From: Alphaproteobacteria bacterium
GTDB lineage: Bacteria; Pseudomonadota; Alphaproteobacteria; Bin95
Assembly (NCBI GenBank): GCA_965205265.1
Contig: CBDBGH010000003.1
Location: 4,064,001 to 4,128,000 of the forward strand
Direction of reading: 5' to 3'
Length of the DNA stretch: 64,000 nucleotides
Shown here: positions 28,191 to 38,101 of the stretch, in pieces
Position numbering within the stretch: the first letter of the stretch is position 1
How the letters are laid out: the number at the start of each line of letters is the position of its first letter
Program-made: the position numbers and the translations under genes
The notes under the pieces: generated by a model
Database searches by the model: none
Seen by the model: the letters and a program-made list of their open reading frames with translations, nothing else
What the model was told of the DNA's origin: nothing

Positions 28191-29315
28191 ATGCTCATCC
28201 GCACTGCACTCGCCGGCCTGACGGTCGCAGCGGTCGCCGTCGCAGGCGCCCTGCCCGCCGCGTCGGCCCCGGACCCCGTCAAGATTCGCATCGCGTCCGA
28301 CCACACCCCGCCGCCGCATCCGGCCGCGCTCGCGGAAATCCTGTTCCAGGAGCGCCTCGCGGAGGAAATCCCGGGCTCCGAGGTGCTGCTCTTCCCGGCC
28401 AAGGCGCTCTATTCGGTGCCGGAGGCCGTCGAGGCGATGACCGAAGGCAATCTGGAGATGACCTGGGGCCAGTTCGGCAAGACCGCCCAGATCGATCCCT
28501 TCATGGCCGTGGTGGTGGGCCCGATGCTGCTGACCACGCCCGGGGCCATTGACGCCATCGAGGGCTTCGACACCTACAAGATGCTGGTGAAGCGCTTCGA
28601 GGAGCTGCACGACATCAAGATCTTCGGCCACGCCCATCTCAGCTTCTACATGGGCGCGGGCTCGGGCTCCCGCCTGCTGAAGCCGGAGGATTTCGCCGGG
28701 CGCAAGATCCGCTCCATGAGCCCGGTCGAGAACGCGGCGCTGTCGGCCTGGGGCGCGAACCCCACCACCATGGCCTTCGGCGACGTGCCGCCGGCGCTCG
28801 AAACCGGCGTCATCGACGGCCTGCTGACCAGCCTCGGCGGCTTCAACGTCGTCAAGGACCAGGCGCCCTTCTTCACCGTCGCCGGCATCAACGGCATCGT
28901 CGGCGACTATTACTGGATCGGGGCCAGCATGAGCTGGTGGAACTCGCTCGATTCGGAGCAGCAGGCGATCATCGAGAGGCTGATCGTCGAGGAGATGCTG
29001 CCGTTCGCGAAGAAGGCCAACTGGTGCAACGACAAGCGCATGATCGACAAATACGGCACCGAGGACCCCTCCAAGCCCGGCATCTACATCATGACCGCCG
29101 ATGAAGCGGGCGTGCTGGCCGATGCGCTGGGCTCCGGCACGGCCGACCATATCAAGAAGAGCACGCCGGGCGGCGCCGACGAGTGGGTGGACCGGTTCGC
29201 CGAGGAAGCGAAGATGGCGGTCGCCGCCAACCCGATGGGCTCGCACTGGCTCGAGGAGACCGACTGCTCCGAGATCGAGCCCTGGTTCGAGCGCTTCGCC
29301 AAGAAGAAGAAATAG
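28191..29315 (+). CDS. dctP: TRAP transporter substrate-binding protein
   Basis: Signal peptide; GRKIR, GANPTTMAFGDV..ALETGVIDG. Confidence 0.88.
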   Translation: MLIRTALAGLTVAAVAVAGALPAASAPDPVKIRIASDHTPPPHPAALAEILFQERLAEEIPGSEVLLFPAKALYSVPEAVEAMTEGNLEMTWGQFGKTAQIDPFMAVVVGPMLLTTPGAIDAIEGFDTYKMLVKRFEELHDIKIFGHAHLSFYMGAGSGSRLLKPEDFAGRKIRSMSPVENAALSAWGANPTTMAFGDVPPALETGVIDGLLTSLGGFNVVKDQAPFFTVAGINGIVGDYYWIGASMSWWNSLDSEQQAIIERLIVEEMLPFAKKANWCNDKRMIDKYGTEDPSKPGIYIMTADEAGVLADALGSGTADHIKKSTPGGADEWVDRFAEEAKMAVAANPMGSHWLEETDCSEIEPWFERFAKKKK

Positions 29316-29388
29316 CCGGCCCGTTGCTGCGGGGGGCCGGAAGGCTCCCCGCAGTCCCTTTCCCCGCGTGAGCCGGAGGGCGGCCCGG

Positions 29389-29985
29389 ATGAACGGGAGT
29401 TCCCCAGAGGCGACCGAACCGGTCGGCGTCGAGCTGGCGCTAGACCGCGCCTACCGCGCGCTGCATTTCCTGCTCGACAGGGTCGTGGCCCGCATCGCCG
29501 CCGTCATCCTGCTCTCCGGCACGCTGCTCGCCTGCATCGAGATCGTGCGCCGCTACATACTGGGCGTGGTGTTCGACTGGGGGCAGGACGCGGTCACCTA
29601 TGTGTCCATCGCGGCGGTCTTCATCTATTTCGCCGTCACGCAGGCCTCGCGCTCGCATCTGGCCGTGCTGGCGCTGCTTGACCTGCTGCGCCGCCGGGGT
29701 TTTGTCCGCACCGTGCTGGCCATCCGGGTGCTCGTGTCCTCCATCTCGCTCACCCTGTTCACGGCGCTTGCATATTGGGGCATCCCGGCCGTGGAGCGCG
29801 CGGAGAAGCTCGGCCGCACCACCCAGAGCATGGTGATCTATATCTGGCCGTTCCAGGCCTGCCTCGTCATCGCGTTCGGGCTGATGGCGCTCGTCACGCT
29901 CTTCCACCTCTACCAGGACGTGCAGGCGGTGCGCGGCCGGACCGTGTTCCCCTGGGCCCCGGTCGAGGAAGGGATCGAGATCTGA
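29389..29985 (+). CDS. dctQ: TRAP transporter small permease
   Basis: RY......W motif, 4 TM, operon position. Confidence 0.85.
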   Translation: MNGSSPEATEPVGVELALDRAYRALHFLLDRVVARIAAVILLSGTLLACIEIVRRYILGVVFDWGQDAVTYVSIAAVFIYFAVTQASRSHLAVLALLDLLRRRGFVRTVLAIRVLVSSISLTLFTALAYWGIPAVERAEKLGRTTQSMVIYIWPFQACLVIAFGLMALVTLFHLYQDVQAVRGRTVFPWAPVEEGIEI

Positions 29986-29986
29986 C

Positions 29987-31270
29987 ATGGGCGCGCTCGG
30001 CACAGGCCTGATCGCCCTTCTCGCCCTCGGCGCGCCCATCGGCGTGGCGCTCGGCGGGGCGGCGGTCGCCTTCATCCTCTACGACCCGGTGCTGTCGGCG
30101 AACACCGCGTTTCGCGCCTTCTTCAGCTTCGTCAACAAATACACGCTCATGGCGATCCCGTTCTTCATCTATGCGGGCTTCCTCATGGAGCGTACGGGGC
30201 TGATCTCCAAGCTGTTCAAATTCGCCGACGCCATCATCGGCTGGCTGCCGGGCGGCTTCGCCTACGCCACCCTGATCGCGGCCGTGCTGTTCGGCGCCAT
30301 TTCCGGCTCCAGCACCGCCATGGCGGCGGCGATGGGCGTCATCGCCTATCCGGAGATGATCCGGCGCGGCTATCCGGTCTGGATGGCGGCGGGCGTCATC
30401 GCCTGCGGCGGCGGCATCGCCATCCTGATCCCGCCCTCGATCACGCTCATCCTGTTCGGCATCATCACCGAGGAGTCCATCGTCAAGCTGTTCTTCGCGG
30501 GCTTCGTGCCCGGCATCCTGCTGGCGATCTCGGATGCGGTCATCATCGTCTTCATCGCCTGGAGGCTGAAGCTGCCCGCCGGCGAGTTCAGCTTCGGAAA
30601 CCTCTGGCATTCCACCGTCGAGGCGCTGCCGGCGATCCTGATGCCGGTCTTCGTGCTGGGCGGTCTATACGGCGGCGTGTTCACGCCGACGGAGGCGGGC
30701 GCGGCCTCCTGCGCCTATGCGCTGATCTACGGCCTGGCGGCCCGGCGCGGGGCGTTCCTGCGCGAGCTGCTGCCGACGACCATGCGCGCGGCCAACCTCA
30801 CCGCCATCGTCTTCTTCCTGCTCGGCTGCGTCGGCGTCTTCCAGTTCCTGCTCGCCAACAAGGGCTGGCCGCAGGATGTCGCCAACTGGGTGGGGATGCA
30901 GGGCCTCTCCGCCATGGGCTTCCTCATCGTGCTGCTGGCCGTGCTGCTGGTCCTGTCCATGTTCCTGACCGGCGTGGCGATCCTGGCGCTGACGGTGCCG
31001 ATCATCTACCCGGTCTCGCTGACGCTCGGCATCGACCCGATCCATCTCGGCATATTGTTCGCGCTCGCGGTCGAGATGGGCGGCGTAATCCCGCCGGTCG
31101 GGCTCAACCTGTTCGCTGTGAGCGGCACCACCGGGGTGCCGGTGACGAGGGTGATGAAGGGCGCGATCCCGTTCCTGTGTACGGACGGCATCGTGCTCGT
31201 CCTCGTGCTGCTCTTCCCCATCCTCGCCCTCTGGCTGCCCAACTCTATCGTCCAGTCGGTGTTCAACTAG
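29987..31270 (+). CDS. dctM: TRAP transporter large permease
   Basis: AISGSS, LIPPS, FTPTEA, PPVGLNLF. Confidence 0.92.
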   Translation: MGALGTGLIALLALGAPIGVALGGAAVAFILYDPVLSANTAFRAFFSFVNKYTLMAIPFFIYAGFLMERTGLISKLFKFADAIIGWLPGGFAYATLIAAVLFGAISGSSTAMAAAMGVIAYPEMIRRGYPVWMAAGVIACGGGIAILIPPSITLILFGIITEESIVKLFFAGFVPGILLAISDAVIIVFIAWRLKLPAGEFSFGNLWHSTVEALPAILMPVFVLGGLYGGVFTPTEAGAASCAYALIYGLAARRGAFLRELLPTTMRAANLTAIVFFLLGCVGVFQFLLANKGWPQDVANWVGMQGLSAMGFLIVLLAVLLVLSMFLTGVAILALTVPIIYPVSLTLGIDPIHLGILFALAVEMGGVIPPVGLNLFAVSGTTGVPVTRVMKGAIPFLCTDGIVLVLVLLFPILALWLPNSIVQSVFN

Positions 31271-31304
31271 CGCGCATCGCCGGCTGCAAAGGGAGGACCG
31301 CCGG

Positions 31305-31745
31305 ATGTCCAAGTCCAGGACCGAAGCCGCCGCCACCCACCACGCGCCCGTTGTCCGGCGGCCGGCGGACCATCCGGGGCACCGGGGCCGGTTCGCGAAT
31401 GTGACGCGGATGGTTTTCCACCCGACGCCGGAGCGCCCGAACACGCCCAATGCCGGCCTCGTCACCTACGAGCCGGGCGCGGGCTTTCCGCTGCACCGGC
31501 ACGAATTCGCCCAGCTCTGGTATGTGGCGGAAGGCGAATGCCGCTTCGGCGATCGGACGCTGAGCGCCGGCGACATGGTCTATATGGAAGACCCGCATTT
31601 CGAGCACGAGATGCACACCGAGACGGGCTGCACCATCGTCTTCATGCAATATCCCGGCCCGACGACGGGCGCGCGGCCGATCTACGAAGGCCGCTTCGAC
31701 GGCAGGGAAGCGGCGGAGGGCAGGGAGCCGGACCTGGAGCGGTGA
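31305..31745 (+). CDS. Cupin domain protein
   Basis: FPLHRH...Q.WYVAEG; PHFEH. Confidence 0.8.
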   Translation: MSKSRTEAAATHHAPVVRRPADHPGHRGRFANVTRMVFHPTPERPNTPNAGLVTYEPGAGFPLHRHEFAQLWYVAEGECRFGDRTLSAGDMVYMEDPHFEHEMHTETGCTIVFMQYPGPTTGARPIYEGRFDGREAAEGREPDLER

Positions 31746-31814
31746 GAATCGGGCCGGAGGCCGGTCGGTGGCGGAAATTCGTTCGCATTTCATGAAATAT
31801 TTCTGGTTTGATAC

Positions 31815-31841
31815 TTGACATCTGGCGGAGTGTGCTACAAT
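31815..31841 (+). promoter_or_regulatory. Near-consensus sigma70 promoter with no downstream CDS
   Basis: TTGACA-N15-TACAAT with extended TGn; AT-rich upstream; spacer is short. Confidence 0.5.
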
Positions 31842-31846
31842 GCCCC

Positions 31847-31911
31847 CAAGGGAAGCGGACTCCGGAGCCGCCTCCCCGGGTGCTGCGCGGCCGGGCGGCA
31901 CCAGTTTTTTG
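31847..31911 (+). ncRNA. Candidate small RNA (two hairpins + U-tract)
   Basis: Follows the promoter; GGGAAGCGG/CCGCCTCCC stem, GGTGCTGC/GCGGCACC stem, then AGTTTTTT. Confidence 0.35.
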
Positions 31912-32188
31912 AAAACCCGTGAGAAGCCGACAGGAGAGGTGCGCCCTCCGCCTCGCGCGCGCAATCAGGCGCGCGAACCGCGCCGCCGCGAAACGCGCGC
32001 CGGCGCGCGCAGGGGCGCCCGCGCAGGATACGCGCGGAAAAGGGACCCGCTCCCGGTCCGCGAAGGAGGAAGGATGGCTGCAATCGACCCTCGCCCCGCA
32101 CTGGCGGCGATGCCGGCCGCAAGGCTCGCTCCGGCCGAAGGCGCTCTCCTGCCAGGCCGCTCGGTCCTTCCTCCCCTCCCACCGGGCG

Positions 32189-32662
32189 CTGCTGCATGCA
32201 TACATCTCGCGCCGGCTTGTGGAACCCCGGACCCGGATCGACGCCCGGCGGCCCGGCCCTCACATCGTCATACCCGCCCCATATCGTCATACCCGGACTT
32301 GTTCCGGGTATCTCTCTCAAGCGGCTCAGCCGGGCGGCCGTATGGATACCCGGAACAAGTCCGGGCATGACGAAAGAGCCTGCCCTGATCCTGCCGAAGA
32401 GGGGCGTTCGAGCCTCACGGGCAAGAGGCGGATCGCAGACGCGGTGCGCTCCCGACACCCCGTTCGGCTCCCCCCGGTGGCTGAACCGGACAGCCGTGGA
32501 CTTGTTCCGGGCATCTCTCTCAACCGTCTCCACCGGGCGGCCGTGTGGATACCCGGAACAAGTCCGGGCATGACGATATGGGGCGGGCATGACAATATGG
32601 GCGCATGATGGAGGGGGCTGTGCAATGCTCAGCCAACGCCGGCGGATGGGTGAATCCGGTAG
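32189..32662. mobile_element. Non-autonomous element with Tn5/IS50-like 19-bp ends (nested REP/MITE composite, copy 2)
   Basis: Ends CTGCTGCATGCATACATCT and (rc) CTACCGGATTCACCCATCC; 9-bp flanks CACCGGGCG / CGCCGGGCG; interior homologous (inverted) to 18.3-18.7 kb. Confidence 0.7.
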
Positions 32663-32849
32663 CGCCGGGCGGGCCGGGAAGCCGGTGGCCGGAACGATAT
32701 GCCCGGATGGATCATGGAACATGCATCATACACATGCAGAACATGACACATGGCGGGGCAGACCATGACGAAACATGACATATCATGACGCGCCCGCCGG
32801 TCCTTCCGTCGGGCCCCGCTCGCCCGGCCGTGCCAGCGAAGGAGCGCGC

Positions 32850-33731
32850 ATGACCCCGCCCACGGAATTCGCCCATGCCTTCGCCGAGCTCGGCGCGGTG
32901 ACGATCCACTACGTCTCGGCGGGCGCGGACCCCGGGAGCGCGCCGCCCGTGGTGCTGCTGCACGGCTGGCCGGAGACCTGGTTCGAGTGGCGCCATGTCA
33001 TCCCCCCCATCGCCGCGCGCCATCCGGTGATCGCGCCGGACCTGCGGGGCCTCGGCGACTCCTCGCGGCCCGCGGACGGCTATGACAAGCGGAGCGTCGC
33101 GGAGGACATATACCGGCTGCTCTCCGAGCGGCTCGGCCTCGAACGCTGGCACATTGTCGGCCATGACTGGGGCGGGCCGACCGCGTTTGCGCTCGCCGCA
33201 AGGCAGCCGGAGGCCGCGGCGAGCCTGACGGTGATCGACGTGGTGATCCCCGGCGACGGCGAGGACTTCTCGCAGGCCGGGCGGCGCTGGCACCATGCCT
33301 TCCACCGCACGGCCGACCTGCCGGAGGCGCTGGTGGGCGGGCGCGAGGACATCTATCTCGGCTGGTTCTACCGGGCCTATTCGGCGCGGCCGGACGCCAT
33401 CGACGGGGAGGCGCGGGCGGAGTATCTGCGCACCTACAGCGACCCCGAGGCGCTCCGCGCGGGCTTCGCTTATTACCGCAACCTGCCGCAGGACGCGGCC
33501 GACAACGCCGCGCTGCTGGCGACCGGTTTCCGCCTGCCCATGCCCGTGCTCGCCATCGGCGGCGGCAGGACGGACGCCTTCGGGCGCGCCGGCGAGGTCG
33601 AGGCGTCGATGCGCCGGGTCGCGCGCGACGTGCGGGGCCTGGTCGCGGAGGAATGCGGGCATTTCGTGCCGGAGGAGGACCCGGAGTTCACCGCCCGCGC
33701 CATCCTCGACCACATCGCGCGGTCGCCATGA
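32850..33731 (+). CDS. Alpha/beta hydrolase (epoxide hydrolase / haloacetate dehalogenase-like)
   Basis: LLHGWP, PDLRG.G.S, GHDWGG, GHFVPEE. Confidence 0.9.
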   Translation: MTPPTEFAHAFAELGAVTIHYVSAGADPGSAPPVVLLHGWPETWFEWRHVIPPIAARHPVIAPDLRGLGDSSRPADGYDKRSVAEDIYRLLSERLGLERWHIVGHDWGGPTAFALAARQPEAAASLTVIDVVIPGDGEDFSQAGRRWHHAFHRTADLPEALVGGREDIYLGWFYRAYSARPDAIDGEARAEYLRTYSDPEALRAGFAYYRNLPQDAADNAALLATGFRLPMPVLAIGGGRTDAFGRAGEVEASMRRVARDVRGLVAEECGHFVPEEDPEFTARAILDHIARSP

Positions 33732-33790
33732 CCGGGCAGCGTTCAATGCGGGGGTCGTGCTCCCCCTCCGCTTCGGGAAGCGGCCTCTTT

Positions 33791-33970
33791 TCTCCCCTCC
33801 CGCTGGGCGGGAGGGGTTGGGGGAGGGCCTCTCCGCGCGACGGGCCGCTGCCGGGCGTTGCCCGCCGTCGCGCTGGACGCGGCGAACGTTACGAATGGCG
33901 GCGCCCGCGCCGCCGCTTCCGCTGGCGCGCAAGCGGCCCCCCACCCGGCTCCCCCGCAAGCGGGGGAGGA
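33791..33970. repeat. REP-like palindromic doublet
   Basis: CCCCTCCCGC-TGG-GCGGGAGGGG and CTCCCCCGC-AA-GCGGGGGAG hairpins in an intergenic gap. Confidence 0.55.
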
Positions 33971-34004
33971 GTTATCCGGCAGCAGTCGGGCGAGGTCCGA
34001 GGCA

Positions 34005-34619
34005 ATGACTGTTGACACGAGCGGGCGGGCAGAGGGCGCCTGGATATTCGGCTACGGCTCGCTCATCTGGCGGCCGGACATTCCGTTCCGCGAGAAGCGG
34101 GTCGCGCATGTGCGGGGCTGGACGCGCCGCTTCTGGCAGGGCTCGCACGACCATCGCGGGCTGCCGCATGCGCCCGGCCGGGTGGTGACCTTGGTGCCCG
34201 AGGCGGGCGCGCGCTGCGGGGGCATGGCCTATTTCGTCGAGGCGGCGGCGATGGGCGAGACCTGGGACGAGCTCGACTACCGGGAGAAGAACGGCTACCG
34301 GCGCGAGACCGTGCGCCTCGAGTTCCGCGAGGGCGCGGCCGAAGGCGCCGTCTATGTGGCGCCGGTCGGCAACCATGCCTTTCTGGGCCCGGCGCCCTTT
34401 CCGGAGATGGCGGCGCAGATCCTGCGCTCGGCCGGCCCGAGCGGCGCCAATATCGACTATCTTCGCCGGCTCGCGGGCGCATTGCGGCGGCTCGAAATCG
34501 ACGACCCGCATGTCTTCGAGGTGGAGCGCCATGTCGAGGACCTCGCCCGGCAGGACGGGCCCGGCTGCGGGGCGGACCGGGGAAACAGGGGAGAAACGGG
34601 AGGCGACCATGTGCAATGA
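34005..34619 (+). CDS. chaC: ChaC-type gamma-glutamylcyclotransferase
   Basis: WIFGYGSLIW, R.FWQGS.DHRG....PGRV, LDYRE, GPSG.N.DY. Confidence 0.9.
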   Translation: MTVDTSGRAEGAWIFGYGSLIWRPDIPFREKRVAHVRGWTRRFWQGSHDHRGLPHAPGRVVTLVPEAGARCGGMAYFVEAAAMGETWDELDYREKNGYRRETVRLEFREGAAEGAVYVAPVGNHAFLGPAPFPEMAAQILRSAGPSGANIDYLRRLAGALRRLEIDDPHVFEVERHVEDLARQDGPGCGADRGNRGETGGDHVQ

Positions 34620-35484
34620 AAGAACGATCCGCGAGGCGGAGGAGCATCTGCGCCGGTCCGGGCGGCTCACCCGGCGCGCCTTCGGGGCGCTGTCGGTCGG
34701 GGCCGGCATGGCGATGCTGCTGCCCCGGGCCGCAGACGCGCGGGAGGTGGCGGCGGCGGATGTCGAGGTGCCGACGCCCGACGGCGTGGCCGACTGCCAT
34801 TTCGTGCATCCCGCAAGCGGCGCCCATCCGGGCGTGCTGATCTGGCCGGATGCGCTCGGCCTCAGGCCCGCCTTCCGGCAGATGGCGCGGCGGCTCGCCG
34901 AATCGGGCTATGCGGTGCTGGCCGTCAATCCCTATTACCGGACCGAGCGGGCGCCGGTCTTTCCGGAGGGCGCCTCTTTCCGGGACGAGGCGGTGCGCAG
35001 CAAGGTCTTTCCCCTGATGCGCTCGCTGACGCCCGAGAGGACGGTGGCGGACGCCGGGGCCTTTGTCGGCTTCCTCGACGGCCGCGAGGCCGTGGCGAAA
35101 GACCGCAAAATGGGCACGACGGGCTACTGCATGGGCGGCTCCATGACCATGCGCACCGCGGCCGCCTTCCCGGACCGGATCGGCGCGGGCGCCTCCTTCC
35201 ACGGCGGCAGGCTCGTGACCGACAGGCCGGACAGCCCGCACCTGCTCGTCCCCGGCATGCGCGCGCACTACCTGTTCGCGATCGCCGAGAACGACGACGC
35301 GAAGCAGCCGGAAGCGAAGACCGCGCTCCGCCGGGCCTTCGATGCGGCGGGGCTGCCGGCGGAGATCGAGGTCTATGCGGGCGCCCTGCACGGCTGGTGC
35401 CCGCCGGATTCCGCCGTCTATAACGAAGCGCAGGCGGAGCGGGCCTGGAGCCGGATGCTGGCGCTGTTCGAGGCCGCGCTATAG
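34609..35484 (+). CDS. Dienelactone hydrolase family (Tat-like signal)
   Basis: TRRAF, WPDALGLRP, GYCMGG, ASFHGG, HGW. Confidence 0.9.
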   Translation: MCNERTIREAEEHLRRSGRLTRRAFGALSVGAGMAMLLPRAADAREVAAADVEVPTPDGVADCHFVHPASGAHPGVLIWPDALGLRPAFRQMARRLAESGYAVLAVNPYYRTERAPVFPEGASFRDEAVRSKVFPLMRSLTPERTVADAGAFVGFLDGREAVAKDRKMGTTGYCMGGSMTMRTAAAFPDRIGAGASFHGGRLVTDRPDSPHLLVPGMRAHYLFAIAENDDAKQPEAKTALRRAFDAAGLPAEIEVYAGALHGWCPPDSAVYNEAQAERAWSRMLALFEAAL

Positions 35485-36984
35485 GGCGGCGCCGGCGTCC
35501 TCCGCCTCCGCCGATTGCGCCCTTCGGGCGAGGAGGGCGCGGTCCACCTTGTTGGTGCTGGCGAGCGGCAGTTCGGCAAGGAAATGCACCCGGCGGGGGT
35601 GCATGTAGGCGGGCGCCTCGGCCAGCGCATGGGCCTTGACCGCGTCCGCGTCGAGCCGCGCGCCCGGGCGGGCCGCCACGAAGGCGACCGGCATGTTGCC
35701 GCGCACCGGGTCCGGCACCGGCACGAGGCAGGCCTGGGCGATGTCGGGATGGCCCTCCAGCACCTTCTCGACTTCGCCCGGCCAGACATTCTCGCCATTG
35801 ACGGTGAACATGTCGTCCACGCGGCCGACGAAATAGTAGAAGCCGTCCCCGTCGCGGCGCATGACGTCGCCGGTGCGGTAGAAGCCGTCCGCGGTCACGG
35901 CCTCGGCGGTCTTCGCCGGCAGGTTGAGATAGCCCGGCATGTTGGCCGGGCAGCGCATCTGGAGCTCGCCCTCCTCGGCGCCGGGACCGCCGTCCAGGCG
36001 GATATCCACCCCGTCGAGGCGTGCGCCGAGCGCCAGGTCGGGCGTCGGCAGGCCGTCCGGATGCGCGCCGAACACGACCGGCCCTGCCTCCGTGGTGCCG
36101 TAGGAATAGGCGATGCGGGCATTGGGGAAGGCGCGGCGGGTCTCGGCGAACAGCGCAGCCGTGGCGGGCGCCGAGCCCATCGTCACCACCTCGACGGAGG
36201 ACAGGTCGAGCCGCGCGATCGTCTCCCGCTCCTGCATCGCGAGCGCGATCATGGTCGGCACGGAGGTGAGCCAGGTGCAGCCGAAGCGCGGCACCGCCTC
36301 CAGGTAGCGCCGGGCGGTGAACTGCCCGAGCAGCGCCATGCCCGCATGGCCGGCGACAACGAATTTGGAGCTGGCGAGCGCGTTCATGTGGTAGAGCGGC
36401 GCGGCGACTAGATAGCGGTGGCGGCCGATCTCCGGGTTCGCGCGGAAGCGCATGTCGAGCACCCAGAGATGGCCCGCATGGGTGAGCGGCACGCCCTTCG
36501 GCATGCCCGTCGAGCCCGAGGTGTAGAGGATCTGCGCGACCTCGCCCGCTTCCGGGACGACGGTCTCGAACGCGCCCGGATCGAGGAAGGCCTCGAAGTC
36601 CGGGCCGAATTCGACCGCGGGCAGGCCGTCCGGGACGCGGTCCCGGCAGGCCCCGTCCGCGAACACCAGCCGGGAGCCGCTGTCGCGCAGCACATGGGCC
36701 ACGGTTTCGTCCGGGAAGCGCCAGTTGACCGGCACGGCGACCAGGCCCGCGCGCATGGCGCCGAAATAGACGGCCAGCCAGTCGGCGCTGTTGGCGGCGA
36801 AGACGGCGATGCGCTCGCCGCGCTCGAGCCCCCGGGCGAGCATCGCGCGGGCGGCGGCGCGGGCGCGCTCGTCCAGCCAGCGGTGCGAGCGCACGGGTGC
36901 GGCCTCCCAATCCGCCGCGTCGATGATCGCGGGCCGGTCCGGGTCCTTGCTCCGGTCCGCCAGGTCGCCGAGATTTGTGCGCAT
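35479..36984 (-). CDS. Acyl-CoA synthetase (adenylate-forming)
   Basis: YTSGSTGMPKG, YGTTE, RTGD, GRVDD. Confidence 0.9.
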   Translation of the reverse strand: MRTNLGDLADRSKDPDRPAIIDAADWEAAPVRSHRWLDERARAAARAMLARGLERGERIAVFAANSADWLAVYFGAMRAGLVAVPVNWRFPDETVAHVLRDSGSRLVFADGACRDRVPDGLPAVEFGPDFEAFLDPGAFETVVPEAGEVAQILYTSGSTGMPKGVPLTHAGHLWVLDMRFRANPEIGRHRYLVAAPLYHMNALASSKFVVAGHAGMALLGQFTARRYLEAVPRFGCTWLTSVPTMIALAMQERETIARLDLSSVEVVTMGSAPATAALFAETRRAFPNARIAYSYGTTEAGPVVFGAHPDGLPTPDLALGARLDGVDIRLDGGPGAEEGELQMRCPANMPGYLNLPAKTAEAVTADGFYRTGDVMRRDGDGFYYFVGRVDDMFTVNGENVWPGEVEKVLEGHPDIAQACLVPVPDPVRGNMPVAFVAARPGARLDADAVKAHALAEAPAYMHPRRVHFLAELPLASTNKVDRALLARRAQSAEAEDAGAAL

Positions 36985-37107
36985 CGAGGCGGGTCCCCCT
37001 GTTGCGGGCGCTGCGAGAATAGCCGCTGGCGGCAGGCCTGTCCCCGCCTGCGCAGGACTGCCGCACCCGCTGGCGCGCGCCCGGCCGCCTGTGCTATTCG
37101 CGGCCCC

Positions 37108-37533
37108 ATGACCGATGCGCTTCCGCTCACCGTCGCCGCCCTGCAGGCGAAGATCGACGCCTCGCCCTTCAATGCCGGCATGGGGATTACCGTCACCCAC
37201 GCCGACGCGGAGGCCGAGGAGGTCACCATGCGCCTGGAGATGCGCCCGGAATTCGAGCGCGCCCGCGGCACGGGCCAGTATCACGGCGGCGTCATCTCCG
37301 CCTTCATCGACACGGTCGGCGACTATGCGCTGGTAATCAACCGGGGCGGCGGCGTGCCGACCATCAACTACCGCACGGACTTCCTGCGTCCCGCCTCGAA
37401 CACCGCGCTGACCGGCAAGGCGAAGGTGCGCCGGGCGGGGCGGACGGTCGCGGTCGTGGATATCGACGTTTACGACGACCGGGGCCAGCTGGTCGCGGTC
37501 GGACGCGGCACTTACGGCACCCAGGTCGGATGA
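37108..37533 (+). CDS. PaaI family thioesterase
   Basis: [22 protein letters not shown]. Confidence 0.88.
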   Translation: MTDALPLTVAALQAKIDASPFNAGMGITVTHADAEAEEVTMRLEMRPEFERARGTGQYHGGVISAFIDTVGDYALVINRGGGVPTINYRTDFLRPASNTALTGKAKVRRAGRTVAVVDIDVYDDRGQLVAVGRGTYGTQVG

Positions 37534-38087
37534 GGACGCCTTCGATGCTGAGACGCCTCCTTTCCCTTTTCGCTTTCCTCGGAGCACTCATCGCGATGGA
37601 CGCCCAGGCCCAGAACCCGAAGGTCTTTTTCGATATCGAGCTCGACGGCCGGCCGGCGGGCCGCATCGTGCTGGAACTGCGCAGGGACGTGGCGCCGAAA
37701 ACGGCGGAGAACTTCCGCCAGCTCGCGACCGGCGAGCCCGGCTTCGGCTATGCCGGCTCGCGTTTCCACCGCGTCATCCCCGACTTCATGATCCAGGGCG
37801 GGGATTTCACCCGCGGCGACGGGCGCGGCGGCAAGTCGATCTACGGCGACCGCTTCGAGGACGAGAACTTCACCCTCGTCCACGACCGGCCGGGCCTGCT
37901 CTCCATGGCCAATGCCGGGCCGGACACCAACGGCTCGCAATTCTTCATCACCACCGTGCCGACGCCCTGGCTCGACGGCAAGCATGTCGTCTTCGGCCAT
38001 GTGGCGGACGGCATGGACGTGGTCCGGAAGATCGAGCAGGCGCCCAACAACGCCGCCCGGATCGCGGCCTCGGGCGAGGTGGAGTAG
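37530..38087 (+). CDS. Cyclophilin-type peptidyl-prolyl isomerase
   Basis: [48 protein letters not shown]. Confidence 0.95.
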   Translation: MRTPSMLRRLLSLFAFLGALIAMDAQAQNPKVFFDIELDGRPAGRIVLELRRDVAPKTAENFRQLATGEPGFGYAGSRFHRVIPDFMIQGGDFTRGDGRGGKSIYGDRFEDENFTLVHDRPGLLSMANAGPDTNGSQFFITTVPTPWLDGKHVVFGHVADGMDVVRKIEQAPNNAARIAASGEVE

Positions 38088-38101
38088 GGGGCGGCGCGGC
38101 T

